A stretch of 64,000 nucleotides of DNA. Origin: Planctomycetota bacterium (GTDB lineage: Bacteria; Planctomycetota; UBA8742; UBA2392). This document shows positions 35,648 through 44,329 of this stretch, piece by piece. The first letter of the stretch is position 1. Each line of letters opens with the position of its first letter. The stretch spans positions 133,140 through 197,139 of the forward strand of contig JACKIE010000002.1 in NCBI GenBank assembly GCA_020638635.1. Direction: 5' to 3'. The notes under the pieces are model-generated. The model saw only the letters and a program-made list of their open reading frames with translations, did no database searches and had not been told where the DNA came from. A program made the position numbers and the translations under genes.

Positions 35648-36723
35648 AGGCAGTGGTGACAGGCGGCGCCGGTTTCCTGGGCGCGAAGATTGGTCAGCGT
35701 CTGCTGCAGCGCGGCGACGAAGTAACAATCATGTCCCGCTCCGCAAGCAGGCATTCCGCGCCGCACGCAGGCGCACGTGTGGTTGATGCCGACCTGCGCG
35801 ACGCAGACGACGTCGCCCGCGCGCTCGAAGGTGCCGACGCGGTCTTCCACGCCGCCGCCAAGGCCGGCGTGTGGGGCCCGCGGGCGGAGTACTTCGGCAT
35901 CAACCTGGCCGGCACGCGCAACGTGCTGGCCGCCTGCCACAAGCACGGCGTGCAAGAGCTGGTCTACACCAGCACGCCCAGTGTGGTGTTCGAGCGCGGC
36001 GGGATTGACGGTGGCGACGAAACGCTGCCCTACCCGAAGAAGTTCCTCACCCATTACGCCGAATCCAAGGCTCTGGCCGAGCAGGAAGTGCTGGCCGCCA
36101 ACGGCGTGCACGGCCTGCGCACGGTGGCCCTGCGCCCGCACCTGATCTGGGGCGCGGGCGACCCGCACCTTCTTCCGCGTGTGCTGGAGCGCGCGCGCGA
36201 GGGCAAACTCAAGCAGGTCGGCGACGGCCGCAACCGCGTGGACATCACCCACGTGAACGACGCCACCGACGCCCACCTGCTGGCGCTTGAGCACATCGAG
36301 CGCGCCGCGGGCAAGGCCTACTTCATCAGCAGCGAAACGGTCGAGTTGTGGCCCTGGCTCAATTTCGTGCTGGAGCGTTCGGGAGTCGCGAAACTCAGCG
36401 CGCAGGTCAGCGCGGCCACGGCTTATCGCGCCGGCGCGGTGATGGAGTTCGTCTGGCGCCTGCTGGGTATCGGCAGCGAGCCGCCGATGACGCGCTTTGT
36501 GGCCGAGAACCTGGCGACTTCGCACTGGTTCAGGCTGGATGCAGCTAAGCGCGACCTCGGCTACCAGCCCCGCTGGACGGGCGCAAAAGCGCTGGACGAG
36601 TATTTCGGTAACGGCCCCGCCATCACGGGTGGGGAAACAACCCTGGATAGTGATCTGGGCTCTGACTCCCCCGGCCTGCCGGCCGGGGCTGAGGGAGCGC
36701 TTCAGGAGCAACGCCATGGATAA
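35644..36723 (+). CDS. oleD: OleD-type NAD(P)-dependent reductase (3-beta-HSD/epimerase family)
   Basis: VTGGAGFLG Rossmann motif and YAESK (YxxxK). ATGA overlap with oleC. Confidence 0.85.
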   Translation: MKAVVTGGAGFLGAKIGQRLLQRGDEVTIMSRSASRHSAPHAGARVVDADLRDADDVARALEGADAVFHAAAKAGVWGPRAEYFGINLAGTRNVLAACHKHGVQELVYTSTPSVVFERGGIDGGDETLPYPKKFLTHYAESKALAEQEVLAANGVHGLRTVALRPHLIWGAGDPHLLPRVLERAREGKLKQVGDGRNRVDITHVNDATDAHLLALEHIERAAGKAYFISSETVELWPWLNFVLERSGVAKLSAQVSAATAYRAGAVMEFVWRLLGIGSEPPMTRFVAENLATSHWFRLDAAKRDLGYQPRWTGAKALDEYFGNGPAITGGETTLDSDLGSDSPGLPAGAEGALQEQRHG

Positions 36724-37351
36724 TGTGCTACGCGAACACCTGATGACGTTCGAGACGTTCTTCTCGGCCATCGGCTTCAAGTCGCGGCTGGGCAAGGTGT
36801 GGGGGCTGCTGGCGCTGGCCGGCAAGTCGCTCAGCGCCGCGGACATCGCCAACGAGCTCGACATGAGTGCCGGCTCGGTCAGCGAATGTCTGTCCGAATT
36901 GCGCGAGTGGGGCGCAGTCACCAGCGAATTCTCAAGCGAACACCGCTGTCAGATGCACAGCGCGGTCAGCGACACCATGAGCATCGTGACCACCGTACTG
37001 CGCCGCCGCGAGCAGCTGGCCGTGCAGAACTTCAAGGACAACGCCCGCAGCGCCCTGCAGTACGTGACCGAGCGCTACGGCAGCAACGACGCCCGCGTGC
37101 ACACACTGCAGAGCATCGTGACGACTAGTGAAATTGCCGAAGCCACCATCCAGTTCTTCGTGGCCGCCAGCAGCGCGGTTCCCAAGAACGACGAGTCGCG
37201 CCTGGCCCGCGTGGTCAAGCGCATGGCCGCCATCGGCATGAAAATGCCCGGCGAGATCAACAAGTTCCGCAACGGCCGTCGTAAGACCGGCCAGCTGAAC
37301 GGCAACGCCACCTCGGCGCCTGTGGAAGAAGCGGAGGACGCCCATGTATAG
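36716..37351 (+). CDS. GbsR/MarR-type winged-helix transcriptional regulator
   Basis: ATG 36716 overlaps the oleD stop by 8 nt. KVWGLLALAGKSLSAADIANELDMSAGSVSECLSELREWGAV is HTH-like. Confidence 0.7.
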   Translation: MDNVLREHLMTFETFFSAIGFKSRLGKVWGLLALAGKSLSAADIANELDMSAGSVSECLSELREWGAVTSEFSSEHRCQMHSAVSDTMSIVTTVLRRREQLAVQNFKDNARSALQYVTERYGSNDARVHTLQSIVTTSEIAEATIQFFVAASSAVPKNDESRLARVVKRMAAIGMKMPGEINKFRNGRRKTGQLNGNATSAPVEEAEDAHV

Positions 37352-38579
37352 CCTTCCGCGCGTGGTGATCACCGGCGTCGGCCTGACCGCGCCCAACGGC
37401 AACAACCTGGCCGAGTTCCGGCAAGCTTTGCTGCAGGGCAAGTCGGGCGTGCAGCCCTACGAAATCCGCTATTTCGGCAAAACCCTGGCGGGCATCTGCA
37501 ACTTCGAGGCCACCCGCTACCAGAAGCGCAAGGACCTGCGCCGCGGCACCCGCGCCGGCAGCATCAGCATCTACTGCGCCCACGAGGCGCTGAAAGACGC
37601 GGGCATCGGCTGGGATGGCGTTGACAAGTCAAGGGTCGGCGTATACGTCGGCACCACCGAGCACGGCAACGTCGAGACCGAGACCGAGATCTACGAGGTC
37701 AGCAAGCAGAACTACAACCTCGATTTCTGGACCCACCACCACAACCCGCGCACAGTGGCCAACAACCCGGCCGGCGAGGTGACGCTCAGCCTCGGCATCA
37801 CCGGCCCGGCCTACGCCATTGGTGCGGCCTGCGCGGCCGGCAACCTGGGGGTGATCCACGCCACCCAGATGCTGCAGCTGGGCGAGGTGGACCTGGCGTT
37901 CGGTGGCGGCGTCAGCGAGAGCATTCACACCTTCGGCATCTTCGCCGGCTTCAAGCAGCAGGGCGCGCTCGCGCACCGTGAAGACCCGACCAAGGCTTCG
38001 CGCCCCTTCGACAAGGCCCGCAACGGCATCGTAGTCGCCGAAGGCGGCTGCCTGTACACGCTGGAGCGCCTGGATGACGCGCTCAAGCGCGGCGCGAAAA
38101 TCTACGCCGAGATCGCCGGCTGGCACGTCAACAGCGATGCCAGCGACTACGTGCTGCCGAATTCCGAGCGGCAGATGCAATGTATGCGCGCCGCCATCAA
38201 ACGCGCAGGCATGCAGCCCGGTGACGTTGACATCGTCAACACCCACGCAACCAGCACGCCCAGCGGCGACGAAATGGAAGCCGCGGCCGTCAACGCCGTG
38301 TTCGGTGACTACGACGGCGTGCACGTCAACAACACCAAGAGTTACATCGGCCACGCCATGGGTGCCGCGGGCGCTTTAGAGCTGGCCGGCAACCTGCCCA
38401 GCTTTGAAGACGGCGTGGTGCACCCGACCATCAACATCGATGAGCTGGACCCGGAATGCGCCGTGCGCGGCCTGGTGATCAACCAGCCCAAACAGGCGGG
38501 AGAAGTGAAGACCATCATGAACATGAGCTTCGGCATGCTGGGCATTAACTCAGCGCTGATCGTGAAGAAGTACGAATAG
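37344..38579 (+). CDS. beta-ketoacyl-ACP synthase I/II family (FabF/FabB-like)
   Basis: Cys-His-His triad contexts AIGAACAAGN, NTHATSTPSGD and KSYIGHAMGAAG. Overlaps the regulator stop by 8 nt. Confidence 0.9.
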   Translation: MYSLPRVVITGVGLTAPNGNNLAEFRQALLQGKSGVQPYEIRYFGKTLAGICNFEATRYQKRKDLRRGTRAGSISIYCAHEALKDAGIGWDGVDKSRVGVYVGTTEHGNVETETEIYEVSKQNYNLDFWTHHHNPRTVANNPAGEVTLSLGITGPAYAIGAACAAGNLGVIHATQMLQLGEVDLAFGGGVSESIHTFGIFAGFKQQGALAHREDPTKASRPFDKARNGIVVAEGGCLYTLERLDDALKRGAKIYAEIAGWHVNSDASDYVLPNSERQMQCMRAAIKRAGMQPGDVDIVNTHATSTPSGDEMEAAAVNAVFGDYDGVHVNNTKSYIGHAMGAAGALELAGNLPSFEDGVVHPTINIDELDPECAVRGLVINQPKQAGEVKTIMNMSFGMLGINSALIVKKYE

Positions 38580-38580
38580 A

Positions 38581-38646
38581 GCCCCGGCCAGTTCGCGAAG
38601 CGAACGTGCCGCAGGAACGCACTGCGTTCCGAGGATGGCCGGGGGC
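38581..38646. repeat. composite REP-like palindromic element (intergenic)
   Basis: Outer stem GCCCCGGCC/GGCCGGGGC enclosing GTTCGCgaaGCGAAC and GGAACGCactGCGTTCC. Confidence 0.6.
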
Positions 38647-38695
38647 GAAGGGAACAACAAACAACGCCCGCAAGGGCACAACCAAGGAAGAAGCA

Positions 38696-38959
38696 ATGAC
38701 AGACGAAATGATCAAGCAGGCCATCATCGGGATCATCAACGACATCAACCCCGACGAGGACACCAGTAACATCGACGCGGCCACGCGCCTGCGCGACCAG
38801 CTCGACCTCGACTCGATGGACTTCCTCGACATCGTGATGGAGCTGCGCAAGCGCTACGGCGTGCACGTGCCCGACACGGACTACGAGCACCTCGCCAGCC
38901 TCGACAGCTGCGTGAACTACCTGCGCGACAAGATGGCCGGCAAGGAACTGGTGTCGTAG
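38696..38959 (+). CDS. acyl carrier protein
   Basis: 87 aa. The LDLDSMDFLDIV motif carries the phosphopantetheine Ser. RBS AAGGAAG. Confidence 0.85.
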   Translation: MTDEMIKQAIIGIINDINPDEDTSNIDAATRLRDQLDLDSMDFLDIVMELRKRYGVHVPDTDYEHLASLDSCVNYLRDKMAGKELVS

Positions 38960-38963
38960 TCGC

Positions 38964-39033
38964 CAGTTGTCAGTTGTCGGTTGTCAGCGGCAGCGCTGAG
39001 CCCGGTAAACTGACAACTGATAACCGACAACTG
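38964..39033. repeat. long imperfect hairpin with arms built from heptamer tandem repeats (empty cassette-like)
   Basis: Arms are CAGTTGTCAGTTGTCGGTTGTCAG and CTGACAACTGATAACCGACAACTG. As RNA the 24-bp stem has 1 mismatch and 2 G-U pairs, with a 22-nt loop. Confidence 0.75.
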
Positions 39034-39039
39034 AAAACC

Positions 39040-40605
39040 ATGTCCCACTATGACGCCATCATCATCGGTGCGGGGATGTCCGGCCTGGCGGCCGGCATCC
39101 GTCTGGCCATGTACGACAAGAAGGTTGTCGTGCTGGAGCGTCATTACGTGTGGGGCGGGCTGAACTCGTTCTACCAGTTTCAGGGGCACCAGTTCGACGT
39201 GGGCCTGCACGCTATGACGAATTACGCCCCGCGCGGGGCCAGGGGCCTGCCGCTGACGCGGTTGCTGAAGCAACTGCGCATCCGCTGGGAAGAGCTGGAC
39301 CTGCACCAGCAGGGCCACAGCGCGGTCAGCTTCCCGGGCCTGAAACTGAATTTCAGCAATGACTTCGAGCTGCTGCGCAGCGAAATCGCCCGCGCATTCC
39401 CGGGGCAGATCGACGGCTTTGATGCATTGACGCGTCAAGTGCGTGGCTACAACGAGTTTGACCTCAACGCGCCCACGCTCAACGCCCGCGAGATCGTGGA
39501 GTCGCACACCACCGACCCCGTGCTGGCCGACATGCTGTTCTGCCCGCTGATGTTCTACGGCTCAGCCCGCGAGAACGACATGGACTGGGACCAGTTCGTG
39601 GTGATGTTCAAAAGCATCTTCTTCGAAGGCTTCGCAAGGCCGCAGGCAGGCGTGCGGCATATTTTAAAACTGCTGATTGATCGCTATCGCAGGGCCGGCG
39701 GCGAACTGCGCCTGAAAGCCGGCGTGTCGCGCATCATCACCGACGGCCAACGCGCCACCGGCGTCGAGCTAGACAACGGCGAAACCCTCACGGCCGACAA
39801 CGTGCTGTCGTCAGCGGGACTTGTGGAGACAGGGCGACTGGTAGGGAGCGCCGGCCTCTGGCCGGCAGATGCCGTGGACGTTCCGTCCACGGCGGGCGCG
39901 GACAAAATGTCCGCGCAGCAGGCCGCCGGGACGGCGGCGCTCCGTGGCAAACTCTCCTTCACAGAAACCATAAGCGTGCTGGACAAACCCGCGCGCGATC
40001 TGGGCATCGAAGAGACCATCATCTTCTTCAGCAACACCGAGCGCTTCAACTACGCGCAGCCCAATGACCTGTGCGACACCAGCAGCGGGGTGATCTGCAT
40101 GCCCGGCAACTTCAACCTGCCCCGGCAGCCCAAAGACCACCTCGTGCGCATCACCAACATCGCCAACTACGACAAGTGGGCGGCGCTGGGGAGCGCCGGC
40201 CTCCGGCCGGCACATGCCGTGGACGTCACGTCCACGGCTGACGCGCACAGGATGTCCGCGTCGAAAGCCGGCCAGAGGCCGGCGCTCCCGTACTACGAAG
40301 CCAAGCAGCACTGGTATGCGCGTTCCTGCGACGACGTGCTGAGCCACATCCCGGATTTCCGGCCGTACGTGTCGCTAGTGGACATGTTCACCCCTCGCAC
40401 GATACGGCACTACACCGGCCACGAAGGGGGCGCCGTGTACGGCAGCCCGCTCAAGAAGCGCACCGGCGAGAGCGGCGTGGAAGGCCTCTACATCATCGGC
40501 ACCGACCAGGGCTTTTTAGGCATCATCGGCGCCATGCTGAGCGGCATCAGCATGGCCAACCGCTGGGTACTTCAACGCGACAACGCAGCGGTGGAGACAA
40601 CATGA
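39040..40605 (+). CDS. NAD(P)/FAD-dependent oxidoreductase, phytoene-desaturase (CrtI)-like, with two REPIN inserts
   Basis: [20 protein letters not shown] dinucleotide-binding motif. The C-terminal [17 protein letters not shown] region is typical of the amine-oxidase/CrtI fold. Confidence 0.8.
   Translation: MSHYDAIIIGAGMSGLAAGIRLAMYDKKVVVLERHYVWGGLNSFYQFQGHQFDVGLHAMTNYAPRGARGLPLTRLLKQLRIRWEELDLHQQGHSAVSFPGLKLNFSNDFELLRSEIARAFPGQIDGFDALTRQVRGYNEFDLNAPTLNAREIVESHTTDPVLADMLFCPLMFYGSARENDMDWDQFVVMFKSIFFEGFARPQAGVRHILKLLIDRYRRAGGELRLKAGVSRIITDGQRATGVELDNGETLTADNVLSSAGLVETGRLVGSAGLWPADAVDVPSTAGADKMSAQQAAGTAALRGKLSFTETISVLDKPARDLGIEETIIFFSNTERFNYAQPNDLCDTSSGVICMPGNFNLPRQPKDHLVRITNIANYDKWAALGSAGLRPAHAVDVTSTADAHRMSASKAGQRPALPYYEAKQHWYARSCDDVLSHIPDFRPYVSLVDMFTPRTIRHYTGHEGGAVYGSPLKKRTGESGVEGLYIIGTDQGFLGIIGAMLSGISMANRWVLQRDNAAVETT
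39844..39943. repeat. REPIN/MITE-like element in CDS (in frame), copy 1
   Basis: GGGAGCGCCGGCCtctGGCCGGC..GTGGACGttcCGTCCAC..GCGCGGACAaaaTGTCCGCGC..CGGCGGCGCTCC. Translated as [33 protein letters not shown]. Confidence 0.75.
40188..40289. repeat. REPIN/MITE-like element in CDS (in frame), copy 2
   Basis: GGGAGCGCCGGCCTCCGGCCGGC..GTGGACGtcaCGTCCAC..GCCGGCCAGAGGCCGGCGCTCCC. It is 102 nt, or 34 codons. Translated as [33 protein letters not shown]. Confidence 0.75.
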
Positions 40606-42116
40606 CGACTGATCAGCAACAACAGGGATTCAACCTCAAGGCCGAGGGCAAACGCGTGCTGCGCGGCTCTTCGGGCGGGCGCTTGCAGCAGAAAGCCAAC
40701 CCCGTCGAGAAGGCCAAGGGCGAATACGACGTCATCGTGATCGGTTCCGGCCTGGCCGGCCTTACCGGCGCCAACGTGATGGCAACACAGGGTTACCGCG
40801 TCTGCCTGCTGGAGCAGCACTACAACTACGGCGGGCTCGCCACCTGGTTCAAACGGCCGGGCGGGCACATCTTCGACATCTCCCTGCACGGCTTCCCGGT
40901 CGGCATGGTGAAGTCCATGCGCCGCTATTGGTCGAAAGAGATCGCCGACAGCATCGTGAAGCTCGAAAGCATCAAGTTCGACAACCCGCAGTTCAGCTTC
41001 GAAACCGAGTTCACCCGCGACGACTACACCAACAAGGTCGTGCAGGCCTTCAACCTCGACCGCGCGCACGTCGAAAGCTTCTACAACTACCTGCGCAAGA
41101 TGGAGTATTACAACAACGACGGCACGACCACCGGCGAAATGCTCGAACGCTTCTTCCCCGGCCGTAACGACGTGCACCGCGCGTTCATGGAGCCGATCAC
41201 CTACGCCAACGGCAGCACGCTCGCCGAGCCCGCCATTACCTACGGCATCGTGTTCAGCAACTTCATGAGTAAAGGCGTCTTCACCTTCAGCGGCGGCACG
41301 GACCAGCTGATCATGAAGATGCGCAAGATTCTCGCTGCCAATGGCGTGGACATGTTCAGCGGCGCCCAGGTCGAGCGCGTGCTGGTGAAAGACGGCCGCG
41401 TGGCCGGCGTCCGCGTCAACGGCCGCGAGATCAAGGCCCGCAGCGTGCTCAGCAACGCCAACATCAAGTCCACGGTGTTGAAGCTGGTGGGGGAAGAGAA
41501 CCTCAAGCCCGACTTCATTGAGCAAACCAGGGCCGTGCGCCTGAGCGGCAGTAGCTGCCAGGTCTACATCGGCATCAAGCAGGGCGAGGAGATCCCTTTC
41601 ATCACGGACCTGCTGTTTTGCAGCACAGCCGAGCGCTTCACCAGCGAAGAGCTGTGCGACCTGCGCACGAAAAGCCGCACCTTCAGCTTCTATTACCCCA
41701 AGACACGGCCGCACCTGCCGAACGCGGGCTACACAATCGTCAGCAGCAACAACGCGCGCTGGCAGGATTGGCAGGGGCTGGATGAGGTCGAGTACGAGCG
41801 CGAAAAGAATGCGCTGATCGAGCGCACGCTGGATCACCTGGAAAAGTACATCCCGGGCGTGCGCGAGAAGATTGACCACGTCGAGGCCAGCACGCCGCGC
41901 ACCTTCAACTTCTATACGCAGCAGATGCAGGGGGCCAGCTTCGGCACCAAGTTCGAAGGCCTTGACGTGTCAATGAAGCTGAGCGAGCACGTGCCCGGCC
42001 TGTACCACGCGGGCAGCGTCGGCATCATCATGTCCGGCTGGCTCGGCACCGTGAACTACGGCGTGATCACCGCCAACAAGATGGCCGAATACCTGCACGT
42101 GGCGAAGGCGAAGTGA
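40602..42116 (+). CDS. NAD(P)/FAD-dependent oxidoreductase, phytoene-desaturase (CrtI/CrtD)-like
   Basis: [20 protein letters not shown] and [11 protein letters not shown] motifs. ATGA overlap with the upstream paralogous-fold gene. Confidence 0.8.
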   Translation: MTTDQQQQGFNLKAEGKRVLRGSSGGRLQQKANPVEKAKGEYDVIVIGSGLAGLTGANVMATQGYRVCLLEQHYNYGGLATWFKRPGGHIFDISLHGFPVGMVKSMRRYWSKEIADSIVKLESIKFDNPQFSFETEFTRDDYTNKVVQAFNLDRAHVESFYNYLRKMEYYNNDGTTTGEMLERFFPGRNDVHRAFMEPITYANGSTLAEPAITYGIVFSNFMSKGVFTFSGGTDQLIMKMRKILAANGVDMFSGAQVERVLVKDGRVAGVRVNGREIKARSVLSNANIKSTVLKLVGEENLKPDFIEQTRAVRLSGSSCQVYIGIKQGEEIPFITDLLFCSTAERFTSEELCDLRTKSRTFSFYYPKTRPHLPNAGYTIVSSNNARWQDWQGLDEVEYEREKNALIERTLDHLEKYIPGVREKIDHVEASTPRTFNFYTQQMQGASFGTKFEGLDVSMKLSEHVPGLYHAGSVGIIMSGWLGTVNYGVITANKMAEYLHVAKAK

Positions 42117-42143
42117 TGCGGGCGCCCCGCCCGCGGCAGCCCT

Positions 42144-43406
42144 ATGAGTGACGCCCTCGAACAAGTGAAAGCCCGCATTCCGCACCGGGAGCCGTTCCTG
42201 TTCGTGGACCGCATCCTCGAGCAGGGGCAAGGCCGCATAGTCACCGAAAGAATTGTGCGCGCCGACGAGCCCCAATTCCAAGGCCACTATCCCGGCAGCC
42301 CACTGATGCCCGGCGTGCTGCTATGCGAAGCCTGCTTCCAGACCGGCGCCATGCTGTTGAGGAGCGCAGGCGCCTTGGCCCGTAGCGCAGGCTCCCAGCC
42401 TGCACAGGCCGTGGGCGCCCCGCCCACGGCACCCCCAGAATCAGCTTTCGCTCCAATCGACCCCCGAGTCATGAAACGCCATCGAGGCTACCTTCCGCAC
42501 TGGGAGCGCGAGCACGCAACCTACTTCGTAACCTTCCGGCTGGCGGATTCGCTGCCGGCCGATGCCCGCAAGCGCATTGAGGACCAGCGCTACGACATCG
42601 TAAAGACCGCCGAACACCTGAACCGGCCGCTGACGGATACCGAGCGTGAACGGCTGGATCAGCTCTATTCAGTCACCTTCGATGAACTGCTGAACGTCGG
42701 TCACGGAGCATGCCACCTGGCGAACGCCGACTGCGCGGCCGTCGTCGCTGAGACGCTCACGAAGTGGGACGGCGAACGGTATGCGCTGTACGCCTGGTGC
42801 GTGATGCCGAACCATGTGCATGCAGTGTTTCGGCCGTTTGCGGGGCAGGCGCTTGGCGAAATTCTCCATTCGTGGAAGTCGTTTACGGCCAAGGCGTGTA
42901 ACAAGCTGCTCGGCCGCACGGGTGAATTCTGGCAGCGGGAGTCGTTTGACCGCTTGATCCGCGACCGTGAGGAGTTTGACAAACGCGTGCGCTACACGGT
43001 TGAGAATCCGGCTGCGGCGGGCCTGGTGGGCTGGAAGTGGGTTGGTGGGAGTGCCGTGGACGGGGCGTCCACGGCCGGTGCAGGCGAGGCGCCTGCGCTA
43101 CGGGGTGCAGGCGAGACGCCTGCGCTCCCGACTGCGGGTGAGGCGCCCGCATCACCAACTGCTGCGGGCGAGGCGCTCGCATCACCAACTGCTGCGGGCG
43201 AGGTGCCCGCATCACGGCGCAAGCCGGTGCTTACTCGCATCCTGGAGGCTAAGTTCCGGGGCATGGTGGTGCCGGGGGACGTCCTGCGCGTTGAAGTTGA
43301 GCAGGAAGAAAAAATGGGTGACGCCTTCGTCATGAACGGCAAAGTGTCCTGCGCGGGCAAGAACGTCCTGCGCGTGAAGTTCATCGTGGCGATGATCGAA
43401 CTGTAG
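42144..43406 (+). CDS. FabZ/FabA-like hot-dog dehydratase interrupted in frame by a REP-RAYT element (420-codon continuous ORF)
   Basis: Residues 1-72 ([40 protein letters not shown]) plus residues 358-420 ([21 protein letters not shown]..) make a full-length FabZ. Residues 73-357 are mobile-element derived. Confidence 0.8.
   Translation: MSDALEQVKARIPHREPFLFVDRILEQGQGRIVTERIVRADEPQFQGHYPGSPLMPGVLLCEACFQTGAMLLRSAGALARSAGSQPAQAVGAPPTAPPESAFAPIDPRVMKRHRGYLPHWEREHATYFVTFRLADSLPADARKRIEDQRYDIVKTAEHLNRPLTDTERERLDQLYSVTFDELLNVGHGACHLANADCAAVVAETLTKWDGERYALYAWCVMPNHVHAVFRPFAGQALGEILHSWKSFTAKACNKLLGRTGEFWQRESFDRLIRDREEFDKRVRYTVENPAAAGLVGWKWVGGSAVDGASTAGAGEAPALRGAGETPALPTAGEAPASPTAAGEALASPTAAGEVPASRRKPVLTRILEAKFRGMVVPGDVLRVEVEQEEKMGDAFVMNGKVSCAGKNVLRVKFIVAMIEL
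42360..43214 (+). mobile_element. REP-associated tyrosine transposase (RAYT, IS200-like Y1) unit with inverted REP pairs
   Basis: Internal ATG at 42471. Motifs RGYLPHWE and [15 protein letters not shown] motif is NHVHAV. The Tyr context is RYTVENP. Left REPs at 42361-42405 are the inverse of right REPs at 43078-43129 (GGAGCGCAGGCG..GTAGCGCAGGC..GCCTGCAC). Confidence 0.8.
43131..43217 (+). repeat. 3 x 30-nt tandem repeat of hairpin units (GCTGCGGGCGAGGCGCYCGCATCACCAACT)
   Basis: Read directly from the sequence. Translated in frame as ([10 protein letters not shown])-like decapeptides at the junction back into fabZ. Confidence 0.8.
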
Positions 43407-43428
43407 GGGCGGCCCGCGGGGAACAACA

Positions 43429-44265
43429 ATGGCACTGGTGAACACGGATTTCCTTGACCTGCGCAGCAAGAACGTCGTCGTCATCGGCGCGGCGAACAAG
43501 AAGTCCGTGGCCTGGATCACTGCCCTCACGCTGGAAGAAGCCGGCGCGCGCGTCACCCACATCGTGCGCGACGAAGAGCGCAAGGCCGAAGTCGCCCAGC
43601 TCATCGACAAACAGCGCGGCCTGCACGGGGGCGGCATCAAGGAAGTGTTCACCTGCAACGTCGAGTCGCAGGAAGAAATCGACGCGGTCGCCAAGGCGGT
43701 GGGGGAAGCGCGCGGGCCGATCCACGGCCTGGTGCACAGCATCGCGTTTGCCAACTATTCCGAGGGCATGAAACCCTTCCACGAAACCAACCGCGAAGAC
43801 TTCCTGCAGGCCGTGAACATCAGCGCCTTCAGCCTGGTGGCCCTGGCGCGCGCCTTCAAGCCCTACCTCGACGACTCCGCCGCCGTGGTCACCATCGGTA
43901 TCAGCACCACGCGCATGGCCGCGGAAAACTACGGCTACATGGCGCCGATCAAGGCCGCGCTGCACTCCAGCGTGGTGTTCCTGGCCAAGAGCTTCAGCGC
44001 CGACACCAAAATCCGCTTCAACGCCGTGTGCCCCGGCCTGCTGAAAACCAGCGCCAGTGCGGGCATCCCCGGCTATCTCGACAGCTACCTGTACGCCGAG
44101 CAGGCGACCCTGCGCAAGCAGGCCGTGAGCACGCAGGAGGTGGCGAACGCGGTTGCGTTCCTGCTCAGCCCGCGCAGCAGCGGCATCAACGCGAATGAGC
44201 TGGTAATCGACGCCGGCATGGGCGTGAACTATTTCGACAAGTCGATCATCGAGAAGATGAAGTAG
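43429..44265 (+). CDS. enoyl-ACP reductase, FabI-like SDR
   Basis: [54 protein letters not shown] matches the FabI Tyr/Lys layout. Confidence 0.85.
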   Translation: MALVNTDFLDLRSKNVVVIGAANKKSVAWITALTLEEAGARVTHIVRDEERKAEVAQLIDKQRGLHGGGIKEVFTCNVESQEEIDAVAKAVGEARGPIHGLVHSIAFANYSEGMKPFHETNREDFLQAVNISAFSLVALARAFKPYLDDSAAVVTIGISTTRMAAENYGYMAPIKAALHSSVVFLAKSFSADTKIRFNAVCPGLLKTSASAGIPGYLDSYLYAEQATLRKQAVSTQEVANAVAFLLSPRSSGINANELVIDAGMGVNYFDKSIIEKMK

Positions 44266-44329
44266 GGGCCGCCCCGCGTGGCGGCCCCGGCGGGCACGGG
44301 CGGGCACGTGGGCCCGCCCCTACAGACCC

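Noticed and set aside
34448-36921. Minus-strand ORFs of 426 aa and 540 aa across oleC/oleD
   Set aside because: They are antisense shadows. The plus strand carries AMP-binding and Rossmann/YxxxK motifs and operon-style overlaps.
40572-41879. 435-aa minus-strand ORF opposite the second CrtI-like gene
   Set aside because: It is an antisense shadow and is Ala/Val/Gly/His-rich without motifs.
43131-43217. CRISPR-like appearance of the 30-nt repeats
   Set aside because: The repeats are directly adjacent with no spacers. There are only three copies, and they lie inside an ORF next to a REP/RAYT unit.
44264-44318. Two GC-only hairpins between the FabI-like and OsmC genes as terminators
   Set aside because: The stems are present (GGGGCCGCC/GGCGGCCCC and GGGCGGGC/GCCCGCCC), but no U-tract follows on either strand. 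They may be REP-like rather than terminators, so no call was made.
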